A stretch of DNA of 64,000 nt from Lepidodermella squamata (Eukaryota > Animalia > Gastrotricha), in contig JBLDXI010000004.1 of the NCBI GenBank assembly GCA_047495785.1, forward strand, positions 496,001-560,000, read 5' to 3'. Below are positions 11,800-25,251 of this stretch, in pieces. The first letter of the stretch is position 1, and every line of letters begins with the position of its first letter. A program made the translations under genes and the position numbers. The notes beneath the pieces were generated by a model, which ran no database searches, had not been told where the DNA came from, and was given only the letters and a program-made list of their open reading frames with translations.

Positions 11800-13254
11800 C
11801 TATAGAATTTTCAATTCGGAACTTGATACAAGAACGCATTTGACCAGTTCGAACGAAGTTCCATCGACGCACATTTTGTGGGGCTCGGAAATAAAAAACA
11901 AGAAGATTAACTTTTCCTGCCTGTTCGAAGAGTGTTTATAAAGTCATAGAGGGAGAACTTTGACCGAATATGTTTTGGATTCGACTAGTTCAGACACCAA
12001 GCCTCTCAGTTTTCAATTTTTAAAGCAGTATATCACTAATACCAGTGAAGGACTGCGATAAGGTTCTCGACTCTGTTTTCGTCACTATAGGACCTTAAAC
12101 CAAGCCAAGGCGATTACCAGTGATTTCATGCAGTTAGCGTAGTTCCCGGCGAAGTCTAAATGTCGATCTAAACGTTGATAACATATTATTCCAAAAATTA
12201 TTTATATTGCCCGCTAATACTTACAACGGTCATCGGAACCGGGCATGTATTGCGGCAAACCGGGCCCGAATCAGTTGCACAAAGTCCAGCAGGCTGAAAA
12301 TTTAGACTCGTAAGTCTAACTTATTAACGGAAAATCGGCAAAATTACGTACTCCTGAGAGGCAGAGGTTTCTGTCAATGTTAGTACCTCAACTGTAAGAC
12401 TGAAAAATGACGCATTGAATGACAAACGAATGATGTATTGCTATAATCAAACTTGTGTTAGGTAGGTTGTATTACAAGGAGTAGATTACCGCCGAAAAGG
12501 ACCGGTCTCTTTGAACGAAACATCGAAGGACGGAACGAAATCAGCGTCTTTTCGGGTAACTATTTGAGAAAAAAAAACAGAAATAATCAAAAATAACCGA
12601 AGACACAAATCAAACCAACTGTTTTGCTCGTTCAAGCATGATAGTGTCGTTGGTCGGCGCGCAACCAGAGTCTGCGGTTCGAACAGAAACAAGTTTAGCG
12701 TCTCCCAGCAAATTCATCGAAGCACTAACCCCGTTGTTGGGACAATTGCCGTCATTCGGAACGCATTTCCTCTGGCAATTGCTGCTGCACAGCTTTGCTT
12801 CGATATTCTGCTCATAGAGTGATTCATCGATACAGGTATTGAAACAGTGACCATGGCTTACCAGAAAGTTCTTGATTGCGCTCTAAAACCATGACTTCAT
12901 CGGTTTTATCACATCCAAGGCAGCGTGGGATACACCGCATGTTAATCGTTTTGAAGTCGAAGCAGCTTCGAGCAAAAGCAAAAATTAATCGCTATTGGAA
13001 CCTTTTTTCAACGCATCCCAGCTGAGCAGTATTCAAGAGATGGCAGAGAGTAGCCACGCTAGAAAAAATTACGAAATGATCAACTTGAACCAATCCCCAC
13101 ATCCTCAACTTGCTTGAACTTCATCAAGAAATGAGCAGTTCGTTTTGCAGCCAGTAAATGAATCATTCAAGCGTGAGAAGCAGCGTTTGTATTTGGCACT
13201 CGTAGCCGCCACAGCAGTTAGAAACATAAATAAATTCCGAATAAATAGGGCCAT
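11800..13254 (-). pseudogene. Gene A: divergent Cys-module paralog, possibly pseudogenised (3' end approximate)
   Basis: Signal peptide plus KRCFSRLNDSFTGCKTNC. Later exons read CFDFKTINMRCIPRCLGC, KCVPNDGNCP, NIDRNLCLSG and GLCATDSGPVCRNTCP. There is an apparent in-frame TGA at 12388-12390 and a poor exon-2 donor. Confidence 0.55.
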
Positions 13255-14257
13255 GATCTGGGATTTTAAATGTTTGCATGCCAAACATCGGCCGATCATC
13301 AAATTTTAAATTGTCCGAATGAACAAATTCACGTCATCCACGCGATGACGTATCGAGAATCGGACAAAAATTGGGTTCGGACAAAAAACAAAGCCGCGTT
13401 TTCGTCACAATTCATTCACCACTTCGACCTGGTTTTGACAATGGACAATACAAGAGCAAAATTGTTTTGGGATATAACTCATTTCATGTTTTGTTGGCGA
13501 GAAAGGTTAGGTCAGGCAACTGTTGAGCCGTTCACCAACGTCGAAGCTACAGTGGATGAAGCACGATATCCTCGAGGTTTCCGAATAAATCAAACCAAAG
13601 GGTCCCGTTTTTTGGGGGCTTCTCGCCCGGAACTACCCTCCGTACCCATGTGTTGACTTCACTGATAAATTCAGGGCAAGAATGGCATTGATTGGCAACA
13701 TTGATTGGCATTGCGTCGTGTGAGCTTTTGAAGATAAAAAAAGAAACAAATTATTGCATATTTAAATAGTTTATTTTGCAATAATTCTGCGTAATTTATT
13801 GTGAAGCAAAACGAATGCGATCAGTTTGAGTAATAGCTGAGAGAATGCAGAAGCACAAATAGATTGTGAAAATAGATTGCATAATTGTGATGAATATGAT
13901 AAGATTTAGGAGTTTTCTCTAACATCTAGCAGGTTTGAATATTTCTAATAGATATTGATTGTTAACGGCTGAATGAGGATTCGGAAACGAAGGAACTAGA
14001 GACCCGCCTTGGGCTCTTTTGATTTCGGCCAGGTAACGCACCGGTTTCCGGTTTTCGCGAAGCACCAATACTAAATCGTTAAATAATTCGTTTTTTTATT
14101 CGATTTCAAGAGAGTGTTTCTTCGGCATTAACATTTTATAGCTTCATCTACTTTGTCTTTCATACTTTCAACTATTTTCATAATTCAAAACTTGAGGCAT
14201 ACGCATCCAGCTCGAATTCTTCTCGCTGTCTCGCAGACGTTCACGGCAAATTATAGC

Positions 14258-17200
14258 TCAAACATTTTCATAGTATTTCATAGATGGAGCGAAATCATAT
14301 TGTTCAGTCTGCCAGCGCCACTCGCAAAGAGCCTTGTCCGAGCCGGCTGATGTAGCGGTGCATGCTCGGTCGACCAGCTCAAGGCACCCCGATTCGCGTG
14401 TCACGTCAGCACCGCAAAGGCCCACTTGATTTCGCCTAGGCCTACCCGACTGCCACGGCGGAATACCAGCATACGGTGTGCCATCACCCCACAGCCACGT
14501 GCCGTTCAATGTCCACAGATCAACGTTAGCCTGCATGATGTCAAGGCGAAACATGACAGCTTGAGCCGCTCGTCGCTCTGCCTCGCTTTTAATTCTTGCC
14601 AAATACCACATACCGCCACTTTCATCAGTAAGCGGCTTGAGATGGTTTGGACAATTGGCTCTAAATGAACCTGGCAAGTCTGCTGGGTTCGAAATCAGCG
14701 CAGTAGTCATGAAAGTCTGTGATATCAGAAATAAAGAAATTATGGCTAATGGTGAATCGGGTCTCCGATTCTCGAATAAAGATTCATCGGTGGAATAAAA
14801 GTAAGTGCCATCTCTAGCTTTGTATACAATATTTCGCTTATGATCGAAATTCGCCAAATTTCTGTTCCTATTTATGAGAGCACTAGGACGTCGAAGAGGC
14901 CTTAATCAACGCGACACGCAACCCATACGCCCATGTTACTATTCAAGGTAGGTTCTGTGATCTATGATCTAGGGTTTCAAAATTTACCGAATTTTATCAA
15001 TGATCGCACTAAATATTCACATTTTATCTCTATTTCATAAGTAAATTCCGTTATCTGGAAATACCTGATACATATAAATTTAGGTCAAAAGGGTCAACGA
15101 ATCTTCAGAGGTTACAGAATTTTCCAATCCATTTAAATTAGGAACTAAGATGATAGAAGACATGCTAAAACTGACCATACCTTCTTGAATGGAAAGAAAG
15201 TTTCACATAGTGCTGGCAGATAAAACTTATTGAGACTGCTGTCTAAAATCCTAGCATATCCGCTGCTGTCATCCATAAAATAAATACCATCCCGCATATA
15301 ATACGAAGATAATGGCGGCAAACCATCGGTATATACAACCCCATCGAGCCAGCTGAAACTACCAAGCGATCGCATAAGACCGAAAGTAGCACGAGTACAT
15401 GGTTCTCCCAGGAAAGACCTCAAAGACTCCAATTCGGATGAGGATCTAACACTCGCCACCATCGCATTGTTATCGGCGCATTGTTGTTGATACTCTTCAA
15501 TTGAATTAGGGCTACCTATTAGAAGGTATCCCTTAGCTGCTTTCTCGCAGCTATCCGCGTCAGGATAGGTGAACGCCGGAATAGTGCGCTCCTTGTCAGC
15601 ATCACAGCCCGTTGCATTCGACACGCATCGAACGGCATCATCATAATTCGCCACACAACGGAGAAGGGCAGGCTAAATCATGAAAATTAAGCAATAATCA
15701 ATGGAAGCCCTGCAAATAGGTAAAGGTTATCTATGTTCTATGGGTTCAATCATAGTTTATTAACAACAAATCGCATTCGAAAATGGCAACTCACAGCTAT
15801 ATCTTTGATGCAGGTGTCATGATTGAATTCGAAGTACTCATCGTCGATGTAGATTTTGACCTTCCGCGTTGAAACAGCTATACGATGTAATATTGTATTT
15901 GAGCTGCGACTTTACCTGTGTGGAATTTTGTGGGCAAACGGCGTGACAATATTGGCTACCGAAAGCATCAACGCATTGAACAGCATACTGTTAAGGGTTG
16001 AGATTAACATCACAGCTACAAAATTATACTAGGACTCTACCCCATGTTTGCAGTTGTAAAGGTTGCTGTAGACATTGATCGAAAACTGTCGAGTCTCATT
16101 GTTAGCCTTACAGCCACTTGCTTGTGGTCGGCAGGCGGTGTACTGAAGTGTTCTGGTATCGAAACAGCGAATGTGAGGTTTCTCGCTCGCCGGAACGCGA
16201 ACTTTAAAAGTGTATGAAAGCATCATGAAGATTTGTTTGAAAGTATATTAGCTATGAGAATAGATTTCGCTCGAGAACAACATATAGAGATCAAGGACAT
16301 GTGATTTAGCATGTAATTGAGCCCTAGCCCTCAGACAGGAGAATCCTTAAATTTGAACAAAATTCCGAGACCAAAGGCACTCTATTTCAGTCAATTCAAT
16401 GTCAATCGAAAAAACCCCGCAACTGTTCAATATTTGTTAGGAATTCGGAATAATAACCAAGTCTCATGATTGAAAAGGGATTCTTACGTGATCCGTTGGT
16501 GCATAAACTCAGGTTAGAATATATAAATTTCTCTGTGACCTAAAAAGTTGAAAAATATTCGAATCAATTTAAAATGTAAGAGACAATCATTATACATAGG
16601 GCTCTGGACAGGTAAATGGATCAGGCACGCATGTTATGATTGCTTTTTTCGGCGGAATTATGCACCGCCGGAATTCCAAATTCTAATCAAAAGAAACAAG
16701 AGTCATTATACAATTATGACGTATAACGCGTTATAAGTCTTACCGCAAATTCGTCTTTCTTTTGCTCGCATAGTTCAAAAGAACGTTCAAATGATCCATT
16801 TACAAACAGGAAACTCTGGAAAAAACAGGAAATGAATCTGGATCTAGGATCTATGACCAAGTCAGAATTTTCTTGGAATTTGGGTAAGAATGGGCTTTTG
16901 AGAGAAGAATTGGTGGGCAGACCGCCATAAATAACAAATACGCAAAACATCTAACATGTTTCAACTAACACATCTAACACATAACATATGAAATTCCCTC
17001 AGCTATTTCACAAAGTATTTATCGATTCAATCAAAATTAGCATATTCGAAATTACTTAAAAGCCCTGTGAGCCAATAAGTGAATTCTTTCTGAATTAGGT
17101 CAATTACATTTTATATTATATGAATTACGAGTGCTATATCGTAAAATATTGCATGAGCATGGGTACTAACACCATTTTTGAGCGAATGCTATATTTGGGC

Positions 17201-17867
17201 TGCTAACATTTCAACCTCGAAATTTTGAAAAATTTGAAAATTGATTTTTGGCGAATCGCTCATTTTTGTATAATCGAACCGACTTGACCCCTCAACCGTG
17301 GGCTACTATTACGGTTTGGCGATTATTGGAACAAATACGGTAATTTCTTTGCGAAGGGATATTGAGATACAGGTACAGGCTTTTGATTTGTTATGAAAAT
17401 GAACAGTGAATTGTTGTTTTATTAATTACTCACATTGATTTCGCTTGATAGATCACATCCGAGTCTACCAGGGACGCAACGCGGCGTGACATCCTTGTAT
17501 TTGTAGCACATTCGAACACTCTACATAATGGTATTGTATGATTGCTTTCGACAGAAAGTATGGCGAGTATTACCAATCCTTCAGGGAAATCAGCTGTTGT
17601 GTTACGGCATAATTTAGCTCCGTAGTAAACTTCGTCAATCTGAATAAAAGTGATATTGAATAAAGAAGGATTATCGTTAGTCGAGAATCGAACGTCGTAT
17701 TCGACGAGTAGATCACAGCCTTGCTGCGCGTCGGCGCAACGCTTGAATCGGTTGTTCAGCCGTGAATAACACCTAACAAACGGATCGTCGGCGCCCGCAT
17801 CTACAGCTGCTAGTTCGATCAGCGTGACAGTTAACACAAGGAACAGCGCAAAATAATATCGAGCCAT
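14258..17867 (-). CDS. Gene B: secreted protein, six four-Cys modules + two CTLDs
   Basis: Signal peptide MARYYFALFLVLTVTLIELAAVDA and module exons homologous to genes C-F. CTLD1 is in 15145-15654 (FGLMRSLGSFSWLDG..ALCE) and CTLD2 in 14258-14720 (WLWGDGTPY..KALCEW). Confidence 0.85.
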
Positions 17868-18530
17868 CGATTTTTGCAGCCAGCAAATGAAAACTAATAG
17901 CCCAAATTCAAGGAGTTGGAAAAAATACAGCGCGGCAAATGAATAAAAATTGAAATGATGCAAATTGCCTGTTTGGTTTGAACAAGCACGAGCCATGAAA
18001 AAATAATTGATGAGCAGTGTTATTGTTTTCACTCGGATTGTCTATGTCTATTGAACTGGAACAAAAAGCGGGACGTGACTCATTTCGGCCAATAATGCTT
18101 CACTAGCCCGAACTTCACTGAATTTCACTGAATTTCTCTATTGTCTGTTTTCTAGTTCAGATTCATCAATTGTCACAGCTTCGATTTTTGTCCTTAATGG
18201 ACTTAATGGACTGGAAATGGATTGAAAATTTGAACAGCGAATTGTCTCATCGTGTCCAAGCGCAATAATGATTTCTTAATGAGACAAAAAAACCACTTTT
18301 TTCTTCAATTCGCAATTGTATTTAACAGGTCACGTTCTGTATTCGTTTTTTCTCGAGGTTACAGGACAATTTTTCCAGTCAAAAACGCTCTTACTTCACC
18401 CCTAAAATTAAAAGCGGAAAAATTAATAGACGAATTTCGTCATTTCATTCCAATTTTACTCCATTCGCAGAGCTAAATATTTTTTTTCTATTTGATGCTT
18501 TCATTCGAATAACGAATTGAGCTTTATTTT

Positions 18531-21486
18531 ATGGCGAACCTTTCTTGGCGTGGACTGTCTTTTCTGCTGCTGGCGCTGCTGGACCTGGCAGCTGTTGCTG
18601 CTGTCCCGCAACTTAGGTGTTACTCGCAGCTGAACAACCGCTTCAAGTCCTGCGTTGATGCTACGGTGCGATGCGATCCTCTCATCGAATATCAAGTACT
18701 TCTCAGAAAATTCAATTTATGTTATGCACTGATAATGCTAATTTTCAGGAATTCACTGTCTACCCCAGTCATAGCGTCTGCAACCAAGGCGTGAGAATTG
18801 TTGGATTTATTTGTTGAATTGAAAATAATAAATCTACAAGTAGAGTTACCAAATGTGCTACAAATACGATGCCATCACGCCTCGATGCGTCCCAGGAAAT
18901 ATTGGCTGCGATCTGGTGTTCGAAATGAACGTAAGGTTGTTTTGGTAAAATTCGACAAATTGGTAACAGTTTATTTCTGGATTAAATACTCGAATAATAT
19001 AAATAATTATCGAATAGGCTTGAATAATTATATTCGCCAGCCATCGCACCTTTGAAAATGCTTTCAGGCCCGTGACCATTTCTAAAATTAGTTTTCGCTA
19101 ACTGTAAACTGTAAATTTGGTTCCAGTAAGCAGTAAAAGGAGGACCTTGACATATTAAAGTATCATTTTTCTAATCTGTTTATCAGCTCTTTTTGTTCGC
19201 AAACACGACCTTCAAAAACTCGTCCAACGAATGCGAACGCAAGAAAGATGAATTCAAGGTAAGACGCTTTCAATTAAACCGCTGATTGATCGTGACGTTT
19301 TTCTACCAACTTCGAACCAGAATCTGCTATTTCAGCGCTGTGCGTCAGGAAGCGAAACTAAAACCTGCGTTCCCTATCCATACACCTGTCCAAAAAGCTG
19401 GGTAAATCTGCTTTGTCAACGATGGAATGGGTTATCAGCTTTTACTACAAACTTTCAGCTGATAGCAAAAAAAATAACTAATCCAATACATTTTGAATGC
19501 TTTATTTTCACAGACTACGGAAAAGCTTCTGTATCAGAACCTAAGCTCTTGTATCAACGGATCAGGTAAGGTTTATTCACCTACAAAATTGTTGCCAATA
19601 TTCAATCTTCAATCTCAATATCAGTTGTTGTTCCTGTTAGCGAGAGACCGCACATTCGCTGCTTTGATGCTACAACACTTCAGTTTACCACCTGCCGACC
19701 ACAAGGACATGGCTGCTTCGCCAACAATGAGACTCAACAATTTTCAAAAAACGTCTACAGCAACTTTTACAACTGCCAATTTGGGGTATTTTTATCCCTA
19801 TCTATTTTACAGCGATTTTTCATTCCGCCATTTCCACAGAACGCAGTTCAGTGCTTGGATGGTTCGGGAACCAAGTCCTGTCACGGCATTTGCCCACAAA
19901 TCTTGACGGAGGTGAAATTGAAGCTCAAGTTGAGATAAAAAGGTGTATTTATACTGTTAATTTTCACATTACAGGCCAAAATATATTCTAGCGATCAGAC
20001 TTTTCAACGTAATCACGAAAGCTGTATCGAGGATATCACTGTAAGTATTTTTTATTTTGATAATATTTGATTTGAAGGGTTTATCAAAATAATAAATTGA
20101 GAACCCCATTCAAGTATGATAAGGAGGATCTTAAATTTTCCGCCTATATTCGTGTATAAATTATACAAAAATACCTATCGCCGAAATTTGCAAATGAATC
20201 GGAATCAGAATTACCTCAAAAATCGACTTTACGGCGTTTTGAAAACTCGAAAACTCTATTTATTTTTTATTTTATAGCCTGGATTTTTCCGTTGTGTGGC
20301 GAATGTTGATGCTTCGGTTCGTTGCGTGTCGAATGCAACGGGCTGTGAATCTGCCAAGGAACAGCAAATCCCGCCAAATTGCGCATACTCGAACGCTGGC
20401 AGCTGCCGGAATGCCACTAAGGAATTCTTCTTAGTCGCTGGAAGTCAATCTTTAGAGGGCTTCAAACAGCAATGCATCGATAACAACGGAATGCTGGCGA
20501 CTGTGAGGACATCAGTCGAATTGAAGACTCTGAGGTCCTATCTTACTTATCCCGTTGAAAAGGCCGTCATCGGCCTCATCCGGCTGAATGGCGTTTTCAA
20601 ATGGCACGATGGATCTAGCTACATCGATGGCTTGCCGCGAATCGCTCCTTATTATCTGCCAGAGGGGTTGTATGTGATTGATGATCGAGAAGACAAAGCA
20701 CTTGCTCGCCTCGCACCTGCCCTCAACAGCACCGGTTCTCGGGCACTTTGTGAGACCTTCGTAACCCCAAAAAAGGTGAGTATTACAAATGTGGGATTAT
20801 TTTTCAACCTAGCAAAGGTCCCAGCTGGGAACCGTCTCCAAGTCTTAAAGAATCCTGAAACTTCACTTTTCGCCGCTATCAGTGAGAGTAGGATCCCCGA
20901 AAATGTTAGATCAAAGGTTCCCTTTTCCATTTGCAGTTTTTCGGGTTTTCTTGCCTGGACCTCTCGATTGCTAATGTTGCCTAATTTCCTTTTTGTCCAT
21001 CACAGTTATTCCAGTCGACACAACTATGGCTTCCCAAGGACTCTAAAAGCTTACAAACTCCAGCGAGGGACAGTTGTAGTAAACATATCAAAGCGCCTGT
21101 GGTCTGTTCCTCTACAAGGAAGTGTGAAGTTGGCGCAAGTTGGCGGTTGGCACGAATCAAAAACGAGGCAGATTTTCAAGCGGCTCAATCTGCGATGTTG
21201 AGGTATGCCATCACCGAGGCTTACGTTGATCTTTGGAAAGCTAACAATGGCACGTGGCTGTGGGGCGATGGCACGCCCTATGCTGGCATTCCGCCATGGC
21301 AGGCCGGCAAGCCGAGCGTGAATCAGCCTAGGCTGTGCGCAGCTTCGGCGACCATGGAATCGGGGTCGCTTGCTTGAGCTGGTTGATCGGCCTTGCAACG
21401 TGCAATTATGCAAAGTCTACGGTGATTGGAACATATCTTGCCAGCCGCATAATCCTCCTAATGAAGTGTTGTGCGAATGGAACTAA
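18531..21486 (+). CDS. Gene C: secreted protein, six four-Cys modules + two CTLDs; second CTLD frameshifted
   Basis: Signal peptide and exons colinear with gene B. CTLD1 reads IGLIRLNGVFKWHDGS..ALCE. A 4-bp GCTT duplication at ~21368-21375 stops CTLD2 at 21377; the paralogous frame ends at 21486. Confidence 0.8.
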
Positions 21487-22047
21487 CTTTCCGATCTCTT
21501 TGATTGAGAGGTGCAGTGCCAGGAGAAGTTCTGCGAGTCTAGATCCTGGATATTTAATGTAATCGAATTTGAATCCGTCTTGAGTAAACGATGGCCGAAA
21601 TAAAAAATGTGAACAGTGAACTTCAACGAATACCTACTGAATTACATTTAATTTGAAAACCTGTTGGTGCCGCTTGATGTCAACTCTAATTATTCCATTT
21701 TGTGGGGATTCAAAATTCAAGAAATAAATAAAATAACGCGAATTTGAAGTAATTGTCCCTCTCCATAGCAAACTTTCGTTAAATAAGACGAGAGATCTTG
21801 GTTTCGCGGTATCAAGTTTTTCGATTGCATCACCATGGTTAAATCAAAATCAATCGAATCAAAATTCTTCCCGGCGTAGATCAATCATTTTAAATCTAAA
21901 TCATTGAAAATAGGGGCTAAATGCTAAATCAAATCAAATCAAATCCAAAGCACTTATTTTGTTGGCAAATCATGAGACTAATTGTCAACACTCTTATTAT
22001 AATTTGTCAACATTCTTGTCTATCTAGTGCTTTTTGCCAAAAAAACA

Positions 22048-22055
22048 TCACATGA
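22048..22055. promoter_or_regulatory. Conserved TCACATGA E-box ~200 bp upstream of lectin genes (also 29742-29749, 34541-34548)
   Basis: CATCACATGAT is present upstream of genes D and E at similar spacing (191 and 205 bp to ATG), and in the third, gene-less promoter copy. Confidence 0.4.
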
Positions 22056-22238
22056 TGTTTACGCTAACCAATACGCTAACCAGAATAAAAGTAACGCAAG
22101 CTCATCTCGTCAACGCAGGAGGGCACGCGCGTGCTCAAAAATCAGAAATCGCCATTTCATTCGCTTTATTTTATAGAAAAAAAACTATATAAAACGTAAT
22201 TTTTGAATAATTTTTTACTAGTGTTTACTAGTTTTAAG

Positions 22239-24172
22239 ATGATTGCTCATATCAAAGCTTTGGCGTTACTGCTGATGCTGCTGGCGTTGGTCGACATGGC
22301 TTGGGGCCAGAAGCCGGACAACTGGGTTCGGTGCTTCTCGCAATTCAGCAACCGATTTACCAGCTGCTTACTAGCTGCCAATGGCTGTGATGTACTCACC
22401 GAATATCAGGTTTGAATTGATTCAATTCGCTAGAAATAGCCTCAAAATTCAATTTTCTCTGCGGATAGCTGGGTTCAATTTTCAAAAAGGACGGCGTCTG
22501 TTATACAGGGGTTGGTCAATTTCTCTCCGAAAAGAATGCTTAAAACATATTTGATTTTTCAATTTTAGAATGCTCGGATGTGCTACAAATACAAAGCTCT
22601 AACCCCGTATTGCGTACCTGATAATATCGGCTGTAATAACCCGGGGCTAATGAGTGTACGCTTCAACTTTCTTATTTCTGTCAATTATGTAAGAAACATA
22701 TTTTCAATTACAGTTATTCCGGTTCAGCGATCAGACTGCGACGTTGAGCTTCAAATACAACATCAACGAATGCGAGAAGAAGCGAGCTGCTTTTGAAGTG
22801 AGACATTGTACTGACTGCTGCGATAGTTCATGCTTTGCGATTTCCCTAGAAATTACCATTCAGGCGATGCGTTTCTAACAATGCCATCCAAACCTGTGTT
22901 CCAGACGCGTTCTCTTGCCCCGAAAATTGGGTATGATGTTTTGCTATTATTCTGTTATTTTGAAAAAATCGTTGTTACATTCCTGAAATTCTCAGGATTT
23001 TTTAAATTCGAAATTTTTTCAAATCACTCAAAACGTTTATTATGAAACTTAGAATTGAGAACTCAACTTTTTTCAGGTCACCAACTCGACGCTGTACTCT
23101 AATTTAACGTTGTGCATCAACGGCGCAGGTGAGTCTGGGAAAGACTGATACTAACTCGATTGATATTCCTTTATGTTTATAGTCAGTGTTCCAGTTAGCG
23201 AGAAGTCGCACATCCGTTGCTTCGATTCAACGACTGGGAAATTCAAAGATTGCCGGCCGCAAAGCCCTGGCTGCTTCGCCAACAATGAAACCCAGAAATA
23301 TTCGACCCAAGTTTACATCAACAGGGACGCTTGCCTGCTTGGTGTAAGTGAAGCCATGAGTATTCGAAGCTTAATCATTCGCTGTTTCGTAATAGAATGC
23401 CGTCTCGTGCAAGGATACATCCAACCGAACGTCTTGCTACGCAATTTGTCCTCAAGATCAAACTCAGGTGATTCACAATGTGTTACCCATTTTCGGCTTG
23501 TATCATCAGCTTCTTTGCTACGGCAGGCAAAACTGTTCTCTGGATTGCAGACCTTCCAACTCAATCACGACAAATGCATCCAGGATATATCGCCTCCCGT
23601 AAGTTTACTGCTCTGGTTCTTCCCAATTTTTGAAAATCCCTGTAAATTTGTCTCAGTCCGTCTATTTCCGTTGCGTCGGCAAGAGTGACGCGGCTGTTCG
23701 TTGCGTGGCAAATACAGCTGGTTGCAACGCGGCTACTGAACTTCGCATTCCGGCTTCTATTGATTATGTTGACCAAACGAGCTGTCAGAATGCGACCAAG
23801 CGGTACTTTTTAGTGGACATGAACGATAATATACAAAGCGTCGCCCCGTCGAAATGCGCCGAGGTCAACAATGCTGCGCTGGCTTCGATAAGGTCGGACG
23901 CTGAGTTGGCTGCTGCTAGGCAAGCGGTGTCGGCAGCGGGCATTTCCGCTGCGTGGATCGGCCTCAGCCGCCAGAACGGCGTGTTCAAATGGGACGACGG
24001 CTCAGATTTCACGTACGTTCAAGCTCAGTGGGCTATGGCCAATGGCGATGGTTGTGGCTTTTTGACAAAACGTGATCTAACGGACGGATTTCCAGCTGCA
24101 GATTTCTACTACGCCCTGACAACGTGTTCCAGCAGGGGAGACTTTGCCTTATGCGAGACATTTTCTTCATGA
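22239..24172 (+). CDS. Gene D: secreted protein, six four-Cys modules + one CTLD (10 exons)
   Basis: All ten exons splice in frame with GT-AG introns. Signal peptide present. Terminal CTLD reads WIGLSRQNGVFKWDDGS..GCGF..C..ALCE. Confidence 0.9.
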
Positions 24173-25060
24173 GACTAGTCATGTAACGTATCGCGGTTTT
24201 GGAAATGATGAGCACTGGATGAGAAATTTTTGAAGTAAATTAAACTCGTTATTGAACACCTAATAGTGTCTCATGAGTTTGCTCGGAGTGACGATTTTGT
24301 CGCGTTGCATTTGAAAGGGGCCATTCTCGAAACGATCAATAACTAATGATCGGCTGAACGGCAGTTATTATGCACCCAATAATCGGAGCATCATTGTACC
24401 AGTATTTAATTATTTTAGGTAGGACGGGCAGTGTGCGAAGTGGGATTATCGAGCTTGGGGATACTTTTGGGTGTTTTCGGCTCCGAGTGTTTATTTGGGG
24501 TTTTCCTGCCTGTTCCCCAGTCGTGAAAAGTAGACACTGGCCAGATCTAAATATGACAATGGGATATAGATTGTAGGAGTTCGACCTTACGTAGAGGTAA
24601 AATTAGGGCCTACAAATGATCGATCCCCATAGATTCAGTCCTTGGAAATCCTCACCCATCTCGGCCATACCGGAGAGGAAAATCAATATTCAGCTCACTG
24701 GTCTGTCAATTTCATGAGGTTTTTTGGCCACACTGCATCAATCTATTATATACCCCTGTGTCTATAGGGCAATGTCGCAGTAAATATTCGTAACACAGAC
24801 CACCAATAAATCGGTTTCACTTTACAGGATTGTGTTTGATAAATGATAAAGCACTGCATTCATAGTTTGCGCTGAAAACTTAGAAATGTTTACTACATCC
24901 GTGGTGAGGCGCCAGGCACTTCCTTCTGCCGAACTGCCTATCGCTTAATGGTTACAAACGAAATGCAATATAATCAGTGTCAGTAATAGCGGATTTATTA
25001 TTCCAATTTCATGAACCTGTATAATCTCAAAACAAAACAAACACGAATTTTGATACGTAT

Positions 25061-25196
25061 TCAGTCCACCTCAATGATTTCATTCAATGATGAGCTATGC
25101 GAAGAAATATCTGAAACTAAAGAGCCCTTTAGCGAATTGTTTAAATGCGAAACTGTCGAGCTTGCTTTCATCGAAGCCCGCCTCCTGTGCTGATAG
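25061..25196 (-). pseudogene. 3' remnant of the C2H2 zinc-finger gene, truncated by a transposon end at 25197
   Basis: YQHRRRASMKASSTVSHLNNSLKGSLVSDISS..EIIEVD* matches the C-termini of the copies at 32989 and 46650. Confidence 0.85.
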
Positions 25197-25251
25197 CAGG
25201 GTTGGGGCTGTTTAAACAGGTCCGAAAATTTTGAAAAAACAGGGTTTAAAC

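Noticed and set aside
12388-12390. In-frame TGA in gene A as selenocysteine or an alternative genetic code
   Set aside because: Not at a Cys position in paralogs, and other genes in the window use TGA as stop; decay or a mis-called splice site is more likely.
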